From assembly GCA_028534125.1 (NCBI GenBank), contig CM052817.1, positions 9,116,001 through 9,180,000 of the forward strand: a DNA stretch of 64,000 bases. The letters run 5' to 3'. Every line of letters begins with the position of its first letter. Within the stretch, counting starts at the first letter, position 1. A program made the position numbers and the translations under genes. The notes under the pieces are model-generated. The model was not told the origin of the DNA, made no database searches, and saw only the letters and a program-made list of their open reading frames with translations. Source of the stretch: Lama glama (Eukaryota). Shown here one piece after another: positions 60,900 to 64,000 of the stretch.

Positions 60900-61050
60900 A
60901 TTAGAACTGTCTCCTGTGGTCCTCAAGGGTATAATTTCTCTAGATCTCCAAAAGAATTTATCTGTACACTTATGTGACCCCCTAATTAATAGCACCCAGA
61001 ACAACAGCTGGCAGATGAAGCATGCTGGATAAATACTTGTTGAATGAATG
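60900..61050 (+). mobile_element. L2 3' terminus
   Basis: tagcacccagaacaacagctggcaga...ataaatacttgttgaatgaatg. Confidence 0.7.
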
Positions 61051-61150
61051 GATGGATGGATGGATGGATGGATGGATGGATGGGTGAGTGGATAGGAAGA
61101 TGGATGGATGGATGGTTGGATGAATGGATGGATGGAAGGAAGGAAGGATG
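61045..61150. repeat. (TGGA)n imperfect microsatellite grown from the L2 tail
   Basis: Directly visible. Confidence 0.95.
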
Positions 61151-61684
61151 GGCAAGTGGATTGCTACCACAGGACTGCTCAGAGATAATTATGTCTTAGA
61201 AAATAACACAAGAACAGTATCATTCAGGCAGTCATCTTAGCCATGAGCCTGAAAGGACAAATCCAGAAGCAAAGCAGGAGAGATTCAGAAGAAAAGTGGG
61301 AAGCAGCTTGCAAATACACAAAGGGAAGCCTCCTTGGCCATGACTCTATTCTTCAGCTGCAGCCTGCTTCTTGACTTGGTACCACTTTAGGGAATACTCA
61401 GGGCTGGGTTCCAGCATCCATATGTACAAATGAAGAACACTGTGGAATTTTAGAGTTCCAAAGGACTTTAGGAGTCCTAAAAGGGAACTTTTGCTGTCTC
61501 CAAATTATTTCAAAAGTTCAGCTATCCTTGCCAGAAATTTACATTGATTAAATTAAGTTCATATGGGTCGAACATGCTGGTAATCATAAAAATGTAAAGG
61601 TCAAATTCTCTATAGAAGGACAGAGTCTAAGTTTTTTTTTTAAATATACCTTAATGTATCATAATGACACTCTTGAACATAAAA

Positions 61685-61830
61685 AACAATAAAGGATTAG
61701 AAATGATATGAGAGGCAAAAGCTGACAAAAAGAGAAGCAGATATAACAATATTAATATCAAGTCACCTGATTTAACTACAAAATTGCCTCTTTGCTAAGG
61801 ATTGGGGTTTTTATCATCACAATAGGGCAT
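61685..61830 (+). mobile_element. Decayed L1 ORF2 endonuclease-region fragment
   Basis: aaaggattagaaatgata...gcagatataacaatattaatatca translates to KGLEMI*...ADITILIS, resembling L1 KGWKKI...AGVAILIS. Confidence 0.5.
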
Positions 61831-62229
61831 TAATACTGGTCATCTTCTGCTATGATGAGTTAATACATAGAACATCATCACTTAATGTAAATAAATTAAT
61901 CAAATAAATATAAACCAACAGGAAGTAAGATATGGTCTCTGTGTGACAGTAGTAATAAAAGGGGAGTGCTCCACCAGAGAAAAGTATGGGCACCCAACCT
62001 GGTCCAACATTCCCAAAGGACCGAAGCTCATAGAATGTTTGCAATCGGCCCATGGACGTATCTCTGGGATTTTTGACTCTAACATTCATATTTTTTGTAC
62101 TCAACCAAGTCTGTCCTACAAAATCAAAAGCCTGTTGCCCAAGGCTGATTGACTGAAGACCCTGCAGCCTTACTGCTGTGCCCCTGCCCTGCCAGCTCGG
62201 CACCCAGCAGGCAACGGTGGAGTCTCCCT

Positions 62230-62420
62230 TTCCAAGTCTGCAGCCGAACAGCAGACGCCCCTCAAATGCCACTTGAGTCCAAAGGCTGAAATTTCAAACA
62301 GGATTTCTACGTTACGGTCTAGAGGCCAAATTCCTTCTTTGGGAAGACTCAGTCTTTGCTTGGAAGGCCAAGGGTCACCGTAGCCTAGCCAAGTTGACTC
62401 ATATAATTAACTTCTACCAA
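62230..62420 (-). mobile_element. MLT2-like LTR fragment
   Basis: gaggccaaattccttctttgggaagactcagtctttgc...tagcctagccaagttgactcatataattaac. Confidence 0.7.
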
Positions 62421-63744
62421 CATTCAGAAAACTCCTGCAGCAGCAGGGAAAAAAGAGCTTTGGCTTTGGAGATGTCAACTCCTTAGTCTCCTTTCCAGAT
62501 TCTGGCAAGGGGGAATTAACAGTCTGGGTGAGAGAACTACCAGTTTGTAAAATGCTGACAAGCTGCAAACCAGCCCCGAACGGACTTCTGACTGGGTGAT
62601 TAACACAGGCAGGGCAAGGCTACCTAGGCACCACCTTCTCAGCACATTTCTGCACCCCGGGCACAATCCACTTGCCCACGAGCCCTGCACCTCGTGGGGA
62701 GTGGAGAAGGCTTCACCACACAATGAAAAGGAGTGACTATCATTAGATGTGACTCTTGCCCCAACTTGCCACTCCTAGCTGGACTGGGCCAAATGGATTC
62801 CATTGTCAGGTTGTCATAAATGTCTTCCCAGCCCCAAGCCACGTGCCTTTTCTGCTTAGCTGCATTTTGGTGTCATGGGAAAGCACTCACACACCCCTTC
62901 CCTCTGCGGGCCCACAGCCGGCTGTGGGAAGCCCTGGCGGGGGTTCCGCACCCCTGAGGCCTGGCACTGACTGAGGCCCTGGGACTTTCTGCTTTGACTC
63001 ATTGCCTCAGTCATGCCCGGGCCCAAGAAATCAAGCCTATCTCTTTATCATTTTACTTTTTACTTTTTTAAGCAAGAAATTTGTTGTCTTCTCCAGGTGT
63101 GAAGCATCTTTCTGCTTTGGAGGTTGTCTGCACCCTTATAAAAGAATTGGCCGCAGGCTCATTGCAGGCTACTCTATTCCTGGGTCTGTCATCTGGGAAG
63201 CAGGAACCTACCCACAGAATCCTTGGAAGGACTGCATGAGACACTGGATCCTAAGTGTTTGATGGCAGTGTGTATCGAACAAAATCTTTCCTCTTCCCTG
63301 TTGTCTACGTAAGGTGCTCGTTGCAATGCAATTGCCCACGTGTTGTCCCATTGGACCACATGATGTTCTGTGAGACAGGTACCAATTATGCCCTCGGGAC
63401 AGAAGTGGAAACTGAGAGTCAGTTTGCCATCCTCCCAGCTTTGGCGTGCTGGGAGGAGGCCCCACTTTGTTCCCAAGTTCATCCATTAGCCACCTGAAAC
63501 CTTTTGTTTCACAACATTTGACAGATCAGGGCAAACAGGTGTCTGAGGAAACAGCGGATGAGGACAGGCAGCCAAGAGCAAGCCCTGGGGGCTCTGTGGC
63601 AAGGCCCAGGGCACAGAGTGGGCCACAGCAGAGGAGGAAGGCAGGACATGTAGGACCAGGCTCAGGGTGCCAGTGTGGGGAGCTGAGGGGAGAAAGAATG
63701 AGGATCAGAGCCACACGGCAGGGGGGAGAAAGAAAAGGCATGTG

Positions 63745-64000
63745 AAGAATCAACTGTCTGAGGTTCTGTAAACACTGGTGAGAGACAGGCCACATCTGGT
63801 CCTCCACTCCAACTGCTATGTCAAAGCCACTCTCATCTCTAGCCTGGAATACTGCCACAGTCTTTCAGCTGGTCTCCTGCTTCTGACCTTGACTCCTTCA
63901 GCCTAGTCTAGGCTCTACCCAACAGCCAGACAGAGTCCACAAAGGCAACAGCCAGCTCATGTCACTCCTTTGTTCCTGGCTCAGAGCAAAACCAAAGGCC
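63745..64000 (+). mobile_element. L2 fragment running off the window
   Basis: ctcatctctagcctggaatactgccacagtctttcagctggtctcctgcttct...catgtcactcctttg. Confidence 0.75.

Noticed and set aside
1..64000. CRISPR arrays, operons, rRNA, intact ERV/L1 ORFs, processed pseudogenes of known proteins, NUMTs
   Set aside because: None seen. The sequence is mammalian intronic/intergenic DNA with only decayed transposon remnants.

Overview
This is mammalian non-coding genomic DNA, most likely camelid (camel/alpaca lineage). The evidence is a tRNA-Ala-derived Vic-1-type SINE and a Cetartiodactyla-type L1 3' end; I saw no Alu, B1, BovB, PRE1 or Can-SINE. I recognise no protein-coding gene, and the ORF track looks like chance ORFs, repeat-derived ORFs or N-gap artefacts. 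The window is dominated by ancient interspersed repeats (many MIR and L2, MLT1/MLT2/LTR16/LTR33-type LTRs, MER5/MER45/MER58/MER63 hAT elements, old L1M fragments), with several microsatellites and two 500-N gaps. Between the repeats are repeat-free, motif-dense blocks that look like enhancers, densest at about 8.2-13.6 kb, as expected in a large intron or a developmental gene desert; I cannot name the locus. The most notable observations are: (1) an antisense L1M fragment with AATAAA, an A-run and a perfect 15-bp flanking direct repeat, which looks like a secondarily retroposed transcript end (30058-30490); (2) frame-preserving candidate exons on the minus strand (43674-43724, 31149-31283); (3) an 18-bp-arm perfect hairpin (19714-19756); (4) candidate enhancer clusters. 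No novel biological system can be established from the sequence alone. Repeat subfamily names come from my recall of consensus sequences and repeat boundaries are approximate; RepeatMasker/Dfam should confirm them.
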